Positions 1-10,363 are shown, counted from the whole stretch's first letter. The stretch is 62,798 bases of DNA, filler included, from 7 parts of 7 records of this genome joined end to end with filler, not necessarily neighbours in it, one strand, 5' to 3'. A program made the numbers and translations. Notes: generated from the letters alone by a model not told the origin.

Positions 1-29
1 AACAAAAAACCCCGCTTTCGCGGGGCTTT
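1..29. repeat. Terminal direct repeat, copy 1 (terminator-like hairpin)
   Basis: AACAAAAAACCCCGCTTTCGCGGGGCTTT is identical to 10364-10392; CCCCGC/GCGGGG stem flanked by A and T runs. Confidence 0.95.
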
Positions 30-36
30 TTGGATT

Positions 37-69
37 TTCCGGGACGATCCGGAACAATGAATTGGTGCC
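37..69 (-). other. Putative att site: tRNA 3'-end-like core GGCACCA plus TTCCGG/CCGGAA inverted repeat
   Basis: The minus strand reads GGCACCA (69-63), then an inverted repeat (37-54), then the terminator; this is the usual layout of tRNA-island junctions. Confidence 0.5.
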
Positions 70-642
70 AAATTCGGCAAACACATCAGAACCTATTGCC
101 TGAACCTTGGCTCCGGGCTTCTCGGCGCAATCCGGGATTGGGCACGATGGTGCGAGGCGAATGGCTTTGGTTCGGATGCGCCGTTCTTCCTGCCGGACCG
201 CTACATACAGCCTAACGCGATCGGCTTTGGCTACCGGTCCGCTGAAACCGAGGCGCCGGAATGCTGGAAATCGGATGCCCCAATTCAGCGCATCATCAAG
301 GATGCGGCCCAGTCTGCCGGCATCTCGGAAGAGAGCGTCTCGTCACATGACTTCCGCAAGGTCCTGCATCCGTTACTCTCGAAGCAAGCCAACATGATGA
401 TCATCGAGGACGTAGCCTTGGAGCTTAATCTCGGTCACACACCAAATGAAACAATCCGCAAGCACTACGCATCCATGCAGGACAGCAAGCGTGAGGAAAT
501 CCTCGATGAGCTTTGTCGCCGGGCGCTCCCCTGTCGCAGCGAGCTCGAACTCTATCTGGCCATCGATCGGGGAGAGTTGTGCGAGGGAGATCCTGACTAC
601 ACGCGGGCAAAGAGGATCTACGAGCGGAACTCGGCGGGGTGA
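61..642 (+). pseudogene. Tyrosine recombinase, C-terminal catalytic part (5'-truncated)
   Basis: Frame 1 is open from 61 to 642: AKFGK...HDFRK (HxxR, 346)...LNLGH...RKHYA (catalytic Tyr); no start codon or N-terminal part; the ORF track shows only 394-642. Confidence 0.8.
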
Positions 643-926
643 ATGGCTGGAATACAAGCGCCTCGGTAATGGTCTTCTTAAAAGATATTCTTGTTGACGT
701 CCGGAAAGGGGCCGGGAGCGGTATGGCAGCTTATAGATGCCAAACCAATGAAGCAGCCATCCGGACGCCAGAGGTGCATTGGCCCTCTCGGTTCTGACAC
801 GCAATCTGTGCAATTTATGACGAATGGCAACTCCAAATGCGTGCTTGCTATCTGTGCGTCACGTCGTTTGGTCACAATATCGATTTCGTTCGTTCGCAAC
901 ACGTAGCGATTTTTCCAATCGCGTGA

Positions 927-1580
927 CTAAATGCTGTCCTTTACGCGGTCCCAGGTCTTCTTGAGGTGGTTTGCCATGGCTTCACCGAGGGCCAGGCCAT
1001 CCCGGTTCTTCAGTGCGCGCACCATTTCCTCGTGATCGGCCACGGCGCCTGCCCAGGAGTCAGGTTTTTGATTGCCGATGTAGCGGATACGCTTCAGCCG
1101 GGCCTGAATGTTCGCCTGCATTTCCTGCAGGGTCTCGTTCTTCGACAATCCTGCCAGACGCGAGTGAAATTCCTGGTTCATCTTGTAATAAGGCATCCGG
1201 TCACGTGCGCGGTAGCAGTCCATCATGTGCTTATGAAGATCAATCAGTGCTTCTATCTCTTCGTCGCTGGCCCGCTCGCAGGCGAGTTCGCCGGCCAGTT
1301 TCTCAAGATTTCCGAGGACTTCGAGCATGGAGAAAACTTCGTCCCGGGTGAGTTTGCGAACTATGCTTCCTTTGGAAGGGCGCACAATCACCAGACCTTC
1401 GGCGGCGAGCGTCCGAAGCGCCTCGCGGAACGGGGTGCGCGATACACCAAGCTCCTCGATGAGATGTGCCTCGTCAATCCGGCTTCCGGGTTCCAGTGTG
1501 CCCTCGATAATGAGATCGCGAATGCGGCTGGCCACCTGATCGTGGAGCGATCGATTCGTAATGGCAATGGCGGATTTCAT
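927..1580 (-). CDS. GntR family (FadR/FCD) transcriptional regulator
   Basis: wHTH motif LGVSRTPFREAL plus FCD-type C-terminus (NQEFH...DHEEMV); divergent from the operon. Confidence 0.95.
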   Translation of the reverse strand: MKSAIAITNRSLHDQVASRIRDLIIEGTLEPGSRIDEAHLIEELGVSRTPFREALRTLAAEGLVIVRPSKGSIVRKLTRDEVFSMLEVLGNLEKLAGELACERASDEEIEALIDLHKHMMDCYRARDRMPYYKMNQEFHSRLAGLSKNETLQEMQANIQARLKRIRYIGNQKPDSWAGAVADHEEMVRALKNRDGLALGEAMANHLKKTWDRVKDSI

Positions 1581-1671
1581 CTCTAAGCCTTTAATTGTTC
1601 AACGTTAAGTGCGGAGGGGCCACGGTTGAAATAAAATATCCATAAACGCCTTGCTAGTCCATACTTTCATC

Positions 1672-1688
1672 ATGTATACAAAATACAT
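1672..1688. promoter_or_regulatory. Probable GntR operator
   Basis: Inverted repeat ATGTAT-acaaa-ATACAT containing the palindrome TGTATACA, in the divergent intergenic region. Confidence 0.6.
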
Positions 1689-1734
1689 TGTGCGAATATG
1701 CATGATATCATTTACGCGGGAGAGGAGACCACCC

Positions 1735-2718
1735 ATGAACACCCTTCGAAACGGCATTTCCGCCGGACTGATGATCTGCGCGATGTCAGTGACGGCAGCA
1801 CCGGCACTGGCTGACACCTACATCGTCGCCGTTGGTGCAGCGTCAAACAGCCTTCAAGGCCGCAGCGCAGCCAAATTCGCCGAGGATCTTGGTGCGGAAC
1901 TGGGAGACGCGCACACTGTCGAGTTCTATGCTGACGGCCAGCTTGGGGACGAAAAGGAATTGATGCAGAAGCTTCGCCTTGGCACCGTTCAGTTCACTCT
2001 GATCTCGTCGATAATGACCAACGTTGCGCCTGAGTTTGCGCTCTTTGATATGCCGTTTCTTGTGCAAGACCGCGCGCATCTCAAAGCAATCGACGCCGAC
2101 ATCGTTCAGAATGACCTGGCGCCGAAAGCGGAAGAGGCTGGTTTGAAGGTCCTGTCGACCTGGGAGAACGGGTTCCGCCAAATCACCAATAACACCCGCC
2201 CCATCAACACGCCCGCCGACCTCAAGGGGCTGAAAATCCGGACGCCGTCATCCGAATGGCGTGTGTCGATGTTCAAGGAGTGGGGCGCAAACCCGACGCC
2301 GATGGCGTTCTCTGAGGTGTTCGTGGCACTCCAGACCGGGACGATGGACGGCCAGGAGAACCCGCTGACCAACATCACCGGTGCAAATTTTCAGGAAGTG
2401 CAGAAATATCTCAGCCTGACCGGGCATGTCTATTCGCCGACTTACCTGACCACAGGCCTGGGAACCTGGGACGGCTTGCCGGACGATGTGAAGGCAGCTG
2501 TGTCGACTGTCTCCGCCTCGGTCCAGGACTGGTCGTTTGCGCAGGGCGAAACCGCCGACAATGAACTCGTCGAGAAGGTGAAGGCCGCCGGCGTCGAAGT
2601 CAATCAGGCGGACAAGCAGGCGTTCATCGAAGCTTCTGCGCCGGTCTACGCGGCTTTCGCGAGTCAGGTGGAGGGCGGAGACGCGCTGGTAAGCCGCGCG
2701 CAGGCTCTGGCCAACTAA
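1735..2718 (+). CDS. dctP: TRAP transporter substrate-binding protein
   Basis: Signal peptide; ENGFRQIT, DLKGLKIR and LQTGTMDGQENP motifs; AGGAG RBS before ATG 1735. Confidence 0.95.
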   Translation: MNTLRNGISAGLMICAMSVTAAPALADTYIVAVGAASNSLQGRSAAKFAEDLGAELGDAHTVEFYADGQLGDEKELMQKLRLGTVQFTLISSIMTNVAPEFALFDMPFLVQDRAHLKAIDADIVQNDLAPKAEEAGLKVLSTWENGFRQITNNTRPINTPADLKGLKIRTPSSEWRVSMFKEWGANPTPMAFSEVFVALQTGTMDGQENPLTNITGANFQEVQKYLSLTGHVYSPTYLTTGLGTWDGLPDDVKAAVSTVSASVQDWSFAQGETADNELVEKVKAAGVEVNQADKQAFIEASAPVYAAFASQVEGGDALVSRAQALAN

Positions 2719-2729
2719 TGCGTTGACGT

Positions 2730-2764
2730 GGAGCCGGCCGGAGCTTCCGGCCGGCTTCCTTTTT
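2730..2764 (+). terminator. Intra-operon stem-loop after dctP (attenuator or mRNA stabiliser)
   Basis: GGAGCCGGCCGGA-gct-TCCGGCCGGCTTCC followed by a T run. Confidence 0.7.
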
Positions 2765-2782
2765 GGGGAGGAAACCCGGTTC

Positions 2783-3346
2783 ATGGTCGCAACTTTTGAA
2801 AGAGCGCTTGTGTGGTTGATCGAGACAATCTGCCTTGCGCTTCTGGTCGCATTGGCGCTGTCGGTCATCTATTCAACCACGATGCGCTATCTCGGCTCGT
2901 CGCCGTCCTGGTACGACGAGATCGCCAGCGTGCTTCTCGCCTGGCTTACCTATTTCGGCGCGACGTACGCGCTGTTTCTTCGCCAGCATATGAGCTTCGG
3001 CGGCATTGTCACGGCGCTGCCGAAACATGCCGCAGTGGCACTCGCCCTGGTTTCCGAATTCCTGGTGATCGGCTTCTTCGCCGTCGTCGCCTGGTACGGC
3101 AATGCGGTGCTCGCCGCTGCCAAGTGGGACTCGCTGCTCTCCATCCGCTGGATGACGCTCGACATCGTCCAGTCGATCATACCGCTATCCGCCGCGCTGA
3201 TGATCATTGGAACCTTTCTGACGATGCCGCGCGCGCTCAGAAATGCCGCGGCAGGGATCGACACCGACCACGCCGAAATCGAGCAGGCCATTGCCGAAGC
3301 TGAACGCGAGAACGCGACCGCGTCCCGAAAGGACCAATCCCTATGA
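2783..3346 (+). CDS. dctQ: TRAP transporter small permease
   Basis: Four hydrophobic segments; W.DE...L..WLTYFGA motif; lies between dctP and dctM. Confidence 0.92.
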   Translation: MVATFERALVWLIETICLALLVALALSVIYSTTMRYLGSSPSWYDEIASVLLAWLTYFGATYALFLRQHMSFGGIVTALPKHAAVALALVSEFLVIGFFAVVAWYGNAVLAAAKWDSLLSIRWMTLDIVQSIIPLSAALMIIGTFLTMPRALRNAAAGIDTDHAEIEQAIAEAERENATASRKDQSL

Positions 3347-4623
3347 TCCTTCTTGCCACCACAGTTGCCTTGATAGGCCTGATCCTGATCAACGTACCGA
3401 TCGCCGTCGCCATCGGGATCGTCGCCGTCGGCGGACTTGTCCTGACACCGGGCGGCGCGACCCTGTACGACATGGCCATCGCGCTTTATTCCGGGGCGAC
3501 CTCATTCCCGCTGATCGCTATTCCGCTGTTCATCCTGGCTGGAAACCTGATGAACACCACGGGCATCTCGGTCCGGCTGATCAACTTTGTGACCTCGCTG
3601 ATCGGGTTCGTGCGCGGCGGCCTCGGGATGGTGAATATCGGAGTCTCGATGGTCTTTGCGGAGATCTCCGGCTCGGCAGTTGCCGATGTTGCGGCCACCG
3701 GCACTGTCTTGATCCCCGAGATGAAGAAACGCGGCTATTCGAGAACGCTTGCCGCAGCGATCACATCGTCGTCAGCGTCACTGGCCATCATCATTCCCCC
3801 CTCGATTCCGATGATCCTTTACGGCGCCATCGCGGAGACTTCGGTGCTGAAGCTGTTCGTGGCCGGTGTCGTTCCGGGTGTGCTGGGCGGCGTCCTGCTG
3901 ATGGCGGTCACCTATGTGATGGCGGTCCGCTATGACCTGCCGCGTGCCGACGGCTTTGACCTGTGCCATGTCTGGCGGTCGTTCAAGGAAGCCATCTGGG
4001 CCTTGCTGATGCCGGTCATCATACTTGGCGGCATCTTCACCGGTGTCGTGACGGCAACCGAAGGCGCAGGGCTGGCGGTTCTGGCAGCGCTGGTCATCGG
4101 CATCTTCATCTACCGTGACCTTGATGTCTCGCGGCTTCGCAAGGTGATGCTTGAAGGTGTCAGCCAGACCGGAGTGGTGATGCTGCTTGTCGCAACTTCG
4201 GCTGCGCTGGGGCTGTTCCTGACCCAGGCGCAGGTCCCGCAGCAGTTGGCGCAGCAGATCACCGAGCTGACGACAAACCCGCTGATCGTATTGGCGCTTC
4301 TCAATCTCCTGCTTCTGGTGCTGGGCATGTTCCTGCACGGTGCTGCGGCCATCATCCTGGTGGTGCCGGTGGTGATGCCGCTCGTCAATGCCGTCGGAAT
4401 CGATCCCGTCCATTTCGGGATCATGGTGACGCTCAACCTCGCCATCGGCCAGCAGACCCCGCCCGTGGCCTCGGTTCTGATCACATCGTGCTCGATTGCC
4501 AAGGCGGGGATCTGGGAGACATCTCGCACCAACCTGCCGTTCATAGGCGTGCTCGCCTTTATCCTCTTGCTCGTCACTTACGTGCCGCAGGTATCTCTCG
4601 CTCTCACGGAGATCATCCAATGA
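3343..4623 (+). CDS. dctM: TRAP transporter large permease
   Basis: AIPLFILAG, SGSAVAD, IIPPSIPMILY and GIDPVHFG motifs; ATGA overlap with dctQ. Confidence 0.95.
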   Translation: MILLATTVALIGLILINVPIAVAIGIVAVGGLVLTPGGATLYDMAIALYSGATSFPLIAIPLFILAGNLMNTTGISVRLINFVTSLIGFVRGGLGMVNIGVSMVFAEISGSAVADVAATGTVLIPEMKKRGYSRTLAAAITSSSASLAIIIPPSIPMILYGAIAETSVLKLFVAGVVPGVLGGVLLMAVTYVMAVRYDLPRADGFDLCHVWRSFKEAIWALLMPVIILGGIFTGVVTATEGAGLAVLAALVIGIFIYRDLDVSRLRKVMLEGVSQTGVVMLLVATSAALGLFLTQAQVPQQLAQQITELTTNPLIVLALLNLLLLVLGMFLHGAAAIILVVPVVMPLVNAVGIDPVHFGIMVTLNLAIGQQTPPVASVLITSCSIAKAGIWETSRTNLPFIGVLAFILLLVTYVPQVSLALTEIIQ

Positions 4624-5636
4624 CCGACCGGAAACCACGAATCGCCATCATCCCCGGAGATCCTTCCGGGATCGGACCGGAACTCATTGCCAAGCTGCTG
4701 GAGCAGGAGGGCGTCAAGGACGCAGCCGACATCCTGCTGATTGGCGACCAGCATGTGTGGCAGCAAGGTGCACAGCAGGCGGCGTTGACAGTCGATCTGG
4801 CGCAGATAGACGAAGCGGAGATCGACACGCAAGAGGGGCTGGCCTGGCTCCCGATGCAGACCATTGCACCAGAGGACGTGAAAATCGCCGAGGTGACTGT
4901 TGCAGGTGGTGCCTCCAGCCTGCGCTGCCTCGACAAGGCGCTGGACCTGGCAATGGCCGGCAAGGTGGATGGCGTCCTCTTCGGACCGTTCAACAAGGCT
5001 GCCCTGACCAGCGCGGGCCTGAATGCCGAGGACGAACACCGCTACATAGCCCGGCACATCGGCTTCAAGGGCTATCACAGCGAGATCAATGTCCTGGACA
5101 ATCTGATGACAACTCGCGTCACCAGCCATATCGGCCTTCGTGAGGTCGCCGACCGGATCACCGCGGAAGCGGTGGAAAAGGCGATCGGTCTTGCCGAGGA
5201 TACCTTCCGGCGTGCGGGCAATGCCCGGCCGCATATCGCCGTGGCTGCGCTCAATCCCCACGCGGGCGACAATGGCAAGTTCGGTCGCGAAGAGATCGAC
5301 ATCCTGCAACCCGTCATCAAGGCCGCGCAGGCGCAACAGAAGCACGTCACCGGGCCCTGGCCCTCGGATACGGTGTTCTTGAAGGCGAAGCGGGGCGAGG
5401 TCGATGCCGTCGTCACGATGTATCACGACCAGGGACAGATCGCCATCAAGCTGATGGGGTTTGACCGCGGAGTGACCGTGGCTGGCGGTCTGCCAATTCC
5501 CATTGCCACCCCCGCCCATGGCACTGCTTTCGATATCGCCGGCCAAAACAAGGCCAATGTCGGCGCGACGCTGCAGGCCTTCAACCTGCTCGTTCGCATG
5601 GCCCGGAATCATCGCGCAAGTCGCGCGGCAGCCTGA
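4620..5636 (+). CDS. PdxA family (4-hydroxythreonine-4-phosphate dehydrogenase-like) protein; by context probably 2-carboxy-L-lyxonate decarboxylase (ClxD-like)
   Basis: [21 protein letters not shown] and [12 protein letters not shown] motifs; directly upstream of the lyxonate-type dehydratase; no kinase in the operon. Confidence 0.85.
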   Translation: MTDRKPRIAIIPGDPSGIGPELIAKLLEQEGVKDAADILLIGDQHVWQQGAQQAALTVDLAQIDEAEIDTQEGLAWLPMQTIAPEDVKIAEVTVAGGASSLRCLDKALDLAMAGKVDGVLFGPFNKAALTSAGLNAEDEHRYIARHIGFKGYHSEINVLDNLMTTRVTSHIGLREVADRITAEAVEKAIGLAEDTFRRAGNARPHIAVAALNPHAGDNGKFGREEIDILQPVIKAAQAQQKHVTGPWPSDTVFLKAKRGEVDAVVTMYHDQGQIAIKLMGFDRGVTVAGGLPIPIATPAHGTAFDIAGQNKANVGATLQAFNLLVRMARNHRASRAAA

Positions 5637-5649
5637 CAAGGAAACTCAC

Positions 5650-6825
5650 ATGACCAAGATCAAATCTGTGCGTACGCGCGTCTGGAACTGGACCGGCCCG
5701 ACCGTGCCGCCCACCGGCAATTTCTGCACCAACGCGTCGGATGCACTGTGGGCGAAGGGCGACGCCATGGCGTCGTTCCGCTTTTACCAGTGGCTGACCT
5801 GCGAGATTGAAACCGAAGACGGAACCATCGGTATCGGCAATGCGGCGCTGGCGCCGACAGTGGTCAAGGCGGCCATCGACGACTGGTATGCCCCGCTTGT
5901 GATCGGCGAGGATCCGTTCGACTATGCCTATATCTGGGAGAAAATGTACCGTCGCACCCATGCCTGGGGCCGCAAGGGGATCGGCATGACGGCGATATCC
6001 GCCATCGACATCGCCATCTGGGATCTGATGGGCAAGCTGGTAGGCAAGCCCGTGTTCAAGCTGCTGGGCGGCAGGACCAAGGAAAAGATCCCGGTCTACT
6101 ACTCCAAGCTCTATGCGGGTCCGGTCGAAAGTATGCAGGCCGAGGCCGAGGAAGCCATGAAGAACGGCTACACCGGATACAAGTCCCGTTTCGGCTACGG
6201 TCCCAAGGACGGCATGGCGGGAATGCGCGAGAACCTCAAACGCGTGGAAGCACTGCGCGAGGTCATCGGCTACGACAACGACCTGATGCTCGAATGTTAC
6301 ATGGGCTGGAACCTGGATTACACCAAGCGAATGCTGCCGAAACTGGCAAAATACGAGCCGCGCTGGCTGGAAGAGCCGGTTATCGCCGATGATGTCGAGG
6401 GCTATGCAGAACTCAACGCCATGCACATCGTGCCGATTTCCGGCGGCGAGCACGAATTCAGCGTGATCGGCTGCAAGGACCTGATCGACAAGAAGGCCGT
6501 CAGTGTCCTGCAGTACGACACCAACCGGGTGGGTGGCATCACCGCTGCACAGAAGATCAATGCCATCGCCGAGGCGGCGCAGATTCCTGTTATCCCGCAT
6601 GCCGGCCAGGCCCACAACTATCATCTGACAATGGCCAATACCAACTGCCCGATCAGCGAGTATTTCCCCGTTTTCGATGTCGAGGTCGGCAACGAGCTGT
6701 TCTACTATATCTTTGAAGGCGACCCTGAAGCCGTCGACGGTTTCCTGCAACTCGATGACAACAAGCCCGGGCTGGGAATCACGATCAGCGACAAGCATCT
6801 CGCCAATTTCGAGATCGTGGAATGA
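5650..6825 (+). CDS. Enolase-superfamily acid-sugar dehydratase, L-lyxonate dehydratase (LyxD) / L-rhamnonate dehydratase-like
   Basis: [16 protein letters not shown] and GGEHE motifs; from memory it closely resembles the Labrenzia aggregata L-lyxonate dehydratase (needs BLAST). Confidence 0.85.
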   Translation: MTKIKSVRTRVWNWTGPTVPPTGNFCTNASDALWAKGDAMASFRFYQWLTCEIETEDGTIGIGNAALAPTVVKAAIDDWYAPLVIGEDPFDYAYIWEKMYRRTHAWGRKGIGMTAISAIDIAIWDLMGKLVGKPVFKLLGGRTKEKIPVYYSKLYAGPVESMQAEAEEAMKNGYTGYKSRFGYGPKDGMAGMRENLKRVEALREVIGYDNDLMLECYMGWNLDYTKRMLPKLAKYEPRWLEEPVIADDVEGYAELNAMHIVPISGGEHEFSVIGCKDLIDKKAVSVLQYDTNRVGGITAAQKINAIAEAAQIPVIPHAGQAHNYHLTMANTNCPISEYFPVFDVEVGNELFYYIFEGDPEAVDGFLQLDDNKPGLGITISDKHLANFEIVE

Positions 6826-7733
6826 CCCGCTATTCCGGTATCTGGCCGGTCGCCCCGACACCGTTTCACGACGATGGCGCGCTCGACCTCGACGGGATGA
6901 AGCGTGGTCTGGACTGCCTGATCGACCAGGGTGCAGATGGCATCTGCATTCTGGCTAACTTCTCCGAGCAATTCCTGATCTCGGACGAAGAACGAGCGAT
7001 TCTCACCCGTTTAAGCCTTGAATATGTGGCCGGTCGCGTGCCGGTGATTGTCACGATCAGTCATTACGCGACGCAGATTGCGGTGGAGCGGGCTCGCTTT
7101 GCAAAATCGCTCGGCGCCGGCATGGTCATGATGATGCCGCCCTATCACGGCACGCTTTTGAAAGGGACTCCTGAGCAAACCTTTGAGCAGTTCCGCATGG
7201 TCGGGGAGGTGGGCATCCCGATCATGGTTCAGGACGCGCCTTTGTCGGGCGTCGATCTGCCAGTCTCGCTGCTGGTGCGGATGGCCCGCGAGATCGAAGA
7301 AGTGCGGCTGTTCAAGATCGAATGCCCGAAGGCCGCCAACAAGCTGCGCGTGCTGATCGCCGAGGGCGGCGACGCCATAGAAGGACCGTTCGACGGCGAG
7401 GAAGGCATCACCCTGCTGGCCGATCTGGATGCAGGCGCGACAGGATCGATGACCAGCGGCATGATCGTTGACCAAATCAAGCCTGTCATCGAAAAACACC
7501 ACGCTGGCGACATGGAGGGCGCAACCACCTCCTATGCGCGTGTGGCCATGGCGATCAACCACGAAAACCGGCAATGCGGATGGCAATCCTGCAAGGCGGC
7601 GATGGTTGAAGGCGGCGTGATCCGGTCCGAGTTCTGCAGACATCCGATACCGCCGCTTCATCCGGCAATCCGTCAGCGGATGATCGACCTGTTGCAACCG
7701 CTGGACCCCATGGTGCTGAACTGGGGCCGCTAA
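6822..7733 (+). CDS. DHDPS-family L-2-keto-3-deoxyarabinonate (2-keto-3-deoxy-L-lyxonate) dehydratase
   Basis: [27 protein letters not shown] (Schiff-base Lys) and INHENRQ motifs typical of Azospirillum AraD-type enzymes. Confidence 0.88.
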   Translation: MTRYSGIWPVAPTPFHDDGALDLDGMKRGLDCLIDQGADGICILANFSEQFLISDEERAILTRLSLEYVAGRVPVIVTISHYATQIAVERARFAKSLGAGMVMMMPPYHGTLLKGTPEQTFEQFRMVGEVGIPIMVQDAPLSGVDLPVSLLVRMAREIEEVRLFKIECPKAANKLRVLIAEGGDAIEGPFDGEEGITLLADLDAGATGSMTSGMIVDQIKPVIEKHHAGDMEGATTSYARVAMAINHENRQCGWQSCKAAMVEGGVIRSEFCRHPIPPLHPAIRQRMIDLLQPLDPMVLNWGR

Positions 7734-7889
7734 TCCAGATCGAGCATAAGTGTCCAGCGCTATTGCCCTGACGACATTCAGTAAAAAAGCGTCACAGCAT
7801 CGTCCTGTTAACCGGGCGGTGCTCTGAAACGCGTCGCCTGGACCCGGTCTGGTGCGCCGTGCTGCAAGCCAGACAAGATTGGAAAATAC

Positions 7890-9395
7890 ATGTCATTCAC
7901 GCCTCACGGAAAGCACCTGATCGCCGGCAGCTGGATTGCAGGCGACACAACCTTCCGCTCGGAGCCCGCCGATGGCCCGGCGCACGAATTCAGCGTCGGC
8001 ACGCCCGCGCTGGTTGACCGCGCCTGCACCGCTGCGGAAGAGGCTTTCTGGTCCTATGGCTACACAGCGCCCGAGGTGCGCGCGGAGTTCCTCAACGCAA
8101 TCGCGGACGAGATAGAGGCCCGCGGCGATGAGATCACCGAGATCGGCACGCAGGAAACCGGCTTGCCGGCAGGGCGGCTGCAAGGTGAGCGCGGGCGCAC
8201 GGTGGGCCAGTTGAGGCTTTTTGCAAACCACATTCTGAAGGGCGACTACCTGGATCAGCGTCACGATCCGGCCATGCCCGACCGCCAGCCAATGCCGCGC
8301 CCGGACCTGAAGATGGTGCAGCGCCCGATCGGTCCCGTCGCGGTCTTCGGTGCGTCAAACTTCCCGTTGGCCTTTTCAACTGCTGGAGGTGACACCGCCG
8401 CTGCGCTGGCCGCGGGCTGCCCTGTCGTGGTCAAAGGCCATAACGCACATCCTGGAACCGGCGAAATCGTCGCAGAAGCAATCCGTGCGGCGATCAGCAC
8501 ATGCGGCCTTCATCCCGGCGTGTTCAGTCTGGTCCAGGGCAACACGCGCGAGGTGGGGCAGGCGCTGGTCCAGCATCCGCTGATCCGGGCTGTCGGCTTT
8601 ACCGGATCGCTCGGCGGCGGCCGGGCGCTGTTTGATCTCTGCGCTGCACGCCCCGAACCGATTCCGTTCTTTGGCGAGTTGGGCAGCGTCAATCCGATGT
8701 TCCTGCTGCCGGGGGCACTGAAGTCACGTGCCGAGGCACTCGGCGAAGGCTGGGCCGCATCGTTGACCATGGGCGCTGGCCAGTTCTGCACCAATCCGGG
8801 TATTTCCGTCGTGATCGTAGGTCCGGACGCGGACACCTTCGCCGCTGCGGCATCCGAGGCGCTGGAAAAGGTTGGTCCGCAGATCATGCTGACCGACGGA
8901 ATTGCTGCGGCCTATCGCGCAGGGCGCGACCGTGTCGTGGCCGGCACCGGCGTGCGCGAAGTGCTGACATCGATGTGCGACCTGCGGTCTGCAACGCCAT
9001 ACCTGTATACCGTGAGCGGCAAGGACTGGATGGCGAACAAGACCCTTGGTGAAGAGGTTTTTGGCCCGTTGGGTCTCATCGTTCGGGTAGCCGACAAGGA
9101 AGAGATGATCCGCCTGGCGCACAGCCTTCAGGGACAACTGACCTGCACGCTTCACATTGAAAACGCCGACATGGGTCTGGCTGGAAAGCTCCTGCCGATT
9201 TTGGAACGCAAAGCCGGCCGGCTTCTGGCCAACAGCTACCCCACCGGTGTCGAAGTCAGCGATGCGATGGTGCACGGCGGTCCCTATCCTGCGAGCACCA
9301 ACTTTGGTGAGACCTCGGTTGGTACCTTGTCAATCCGCAGGTTCCTGCGACCTGTTTGCTATCAGGACATGCCGGAGGCGCTGTTACCTCAGTAG
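7890..9395 (+). CDS. Aldehyde dehydrogenase (NADP+), 2-oxoglutarate semialdehyde dehydrogenase type
   Basis: FGASNFPLAFS, FTGS, GELGSVNP, GQFCTNPG and EEVFGP motifs. Confidence 0.92.
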   Translation: MSFTPHGKHLIAGSWIAGDTTFRSEPADGPAHEFSVGTPALVDRACTAAEEAFWSYGYTAPEVRAEFLNAIADEIEARGDEITEIGTQETGLPAGRLQGERGRTVGQLRLFANHILKGDYLDQRHDPAMPDRQPMPRPDLKMVQRPIGPVAVFGASNFPLAFSTAGGDTAAALAAGCPVVVKGHNAHPGTGEIVAEAIRAAISTCGLHPGVFSLVQGNTREVGQALVQHPLIRAVGFTGSLGGGRALFDLCAARPEPIPFFGELGSVNPMFLLPGALKSRAEALGEGWAASLTMGAGQFCTNPGISVVIVGPDADTFAAAASEALEKVGPQIMLTDGIAAAYRAGRDRVVAGTGVREVLTSMCDLRSATPYLYTVSGKDWMANKTLGEEVFGPLGLIVRVADKEEMIRLAHSLQGQLTCTLHIENADMGLAGKLLPILERKAGRLLANSYPTGVEVSDAMVHGGPYPASTNFGETSVGTLSIRRFLRPVCYQDMPEALLPQ

Positions 9396-9688
9396 CCAAC
9401 GGAAAGAGCAAAGGTTTCGGACGCAAGATATTCATAATCTGCTCGTCAGCGAAGCCGTCATCGACGCAATTCGCAGGGAATGGCTGCTTCTCACCGTTTC
9501 AAGGCCTCCGACCGGGGAGCAGCGAACGACTGCTTTCGGGGTTGGGTCGAGAGCTGCACAAAGGCCGACTTGAGGGCGCAAAGCGGTCGTTGTTGATTTT
9601 CACTGAGAAGTGCGCGGGCTCATGCTAACGTTGTCTGCAACTATGCTGACGCGCAGCATTATGTGCCCTGAGTTGAAATGTTTAGCCG

Positions 9689-10290
9689 CTACTTGCGGTC
9701 GTCCAAAACCTCCCCAATCCTCTCAGCCCACCACTCGGCCATTCTGGCACGTTCCTCCCAATATGCCGCGCGGTGGTAGGCGCGCCGGACTCCATTACCG
9801 CTGACATGGGCAAGTTCGGCTTCGATGGCTCGCAGAGGCACTAGAATATCCGCCGCGTTGATCTCGCCTATTGGCTTGGATTGCGGATCCTTTAGCGCAA
9901 GCCCGATCAGCCAGCGCTTCTTGTTCAGCGTCGCCTCGGATTTTCCTTCGCGACTATTCTTTTGGAGAAAATCCTCGGCTAGAGCCTCGAAATTGTTGGT
10001 CGCAGCATCGGCCCTGGCGATTTGTCCGGCTTATTCTTCTGGGATGGGGCGACATCGTCTGCGAGCAGCTTTCTCGCTGCATCCCGATGAGCACGGGCCT
10101 GGGCGAGTGAGACATCCCGCCATTTACCAAACGCAAGCTGCTTCTGCTTCCCCCCGTAGCGATAGACCATTCGCCAAAGCTTGCTGCCGTTCGGATTGAC
10201 GACGAGCAATAGGCCACCGCCGTCTGCGTGTTTCGTTGGTCTGTCGCCCGATTTAGGGCGCGAACTCGAGGGTCATTTGCGTCATGGCGC
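9689..10290 (-). pseudogene. P4-like integrase pseudogene (frameshifts plus internal deletion); 5' end approximate
   Basis: Arm-binding domain DGGGLLLVVNPNGSKLWR.VYRYGGKQKQLAFG; middle segment LRAIEA is fused directly to the C-terminal ELAH...RRAYHR...RMAEWW. Confidence 0.88.
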
Positions 10291-10363
10291 CAGAATGCCA
10301 ACATAACCTCTGGATGCCATCATATGTCGTTGGGCGGCAAGGGAGGCGGGCTCAGCAAAACTC

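Noticed and set aside
55-80. Full tRNA gene
   Set aside because: Only the 7-nt 3' end is present; there is no T-arm or cloverleaf
4620-5636. Vitamin B6 biosynthesis pdxA
   Set aside because: The context is catabolic (TRAP plus dehydratases), with no surA/ksgA/pdxJ neighbours
5581-6861. Long antisense ORFs (also 4578-5639, 3778-4638, 966-1586)
   Set aside because: Shadow frames of GC-rich genes with no recognisable motifs
7734-7889. Possible deleted-gene remnant between the dehydratase and ALDH genes
   Set aside because: No convincing reading frame or motif
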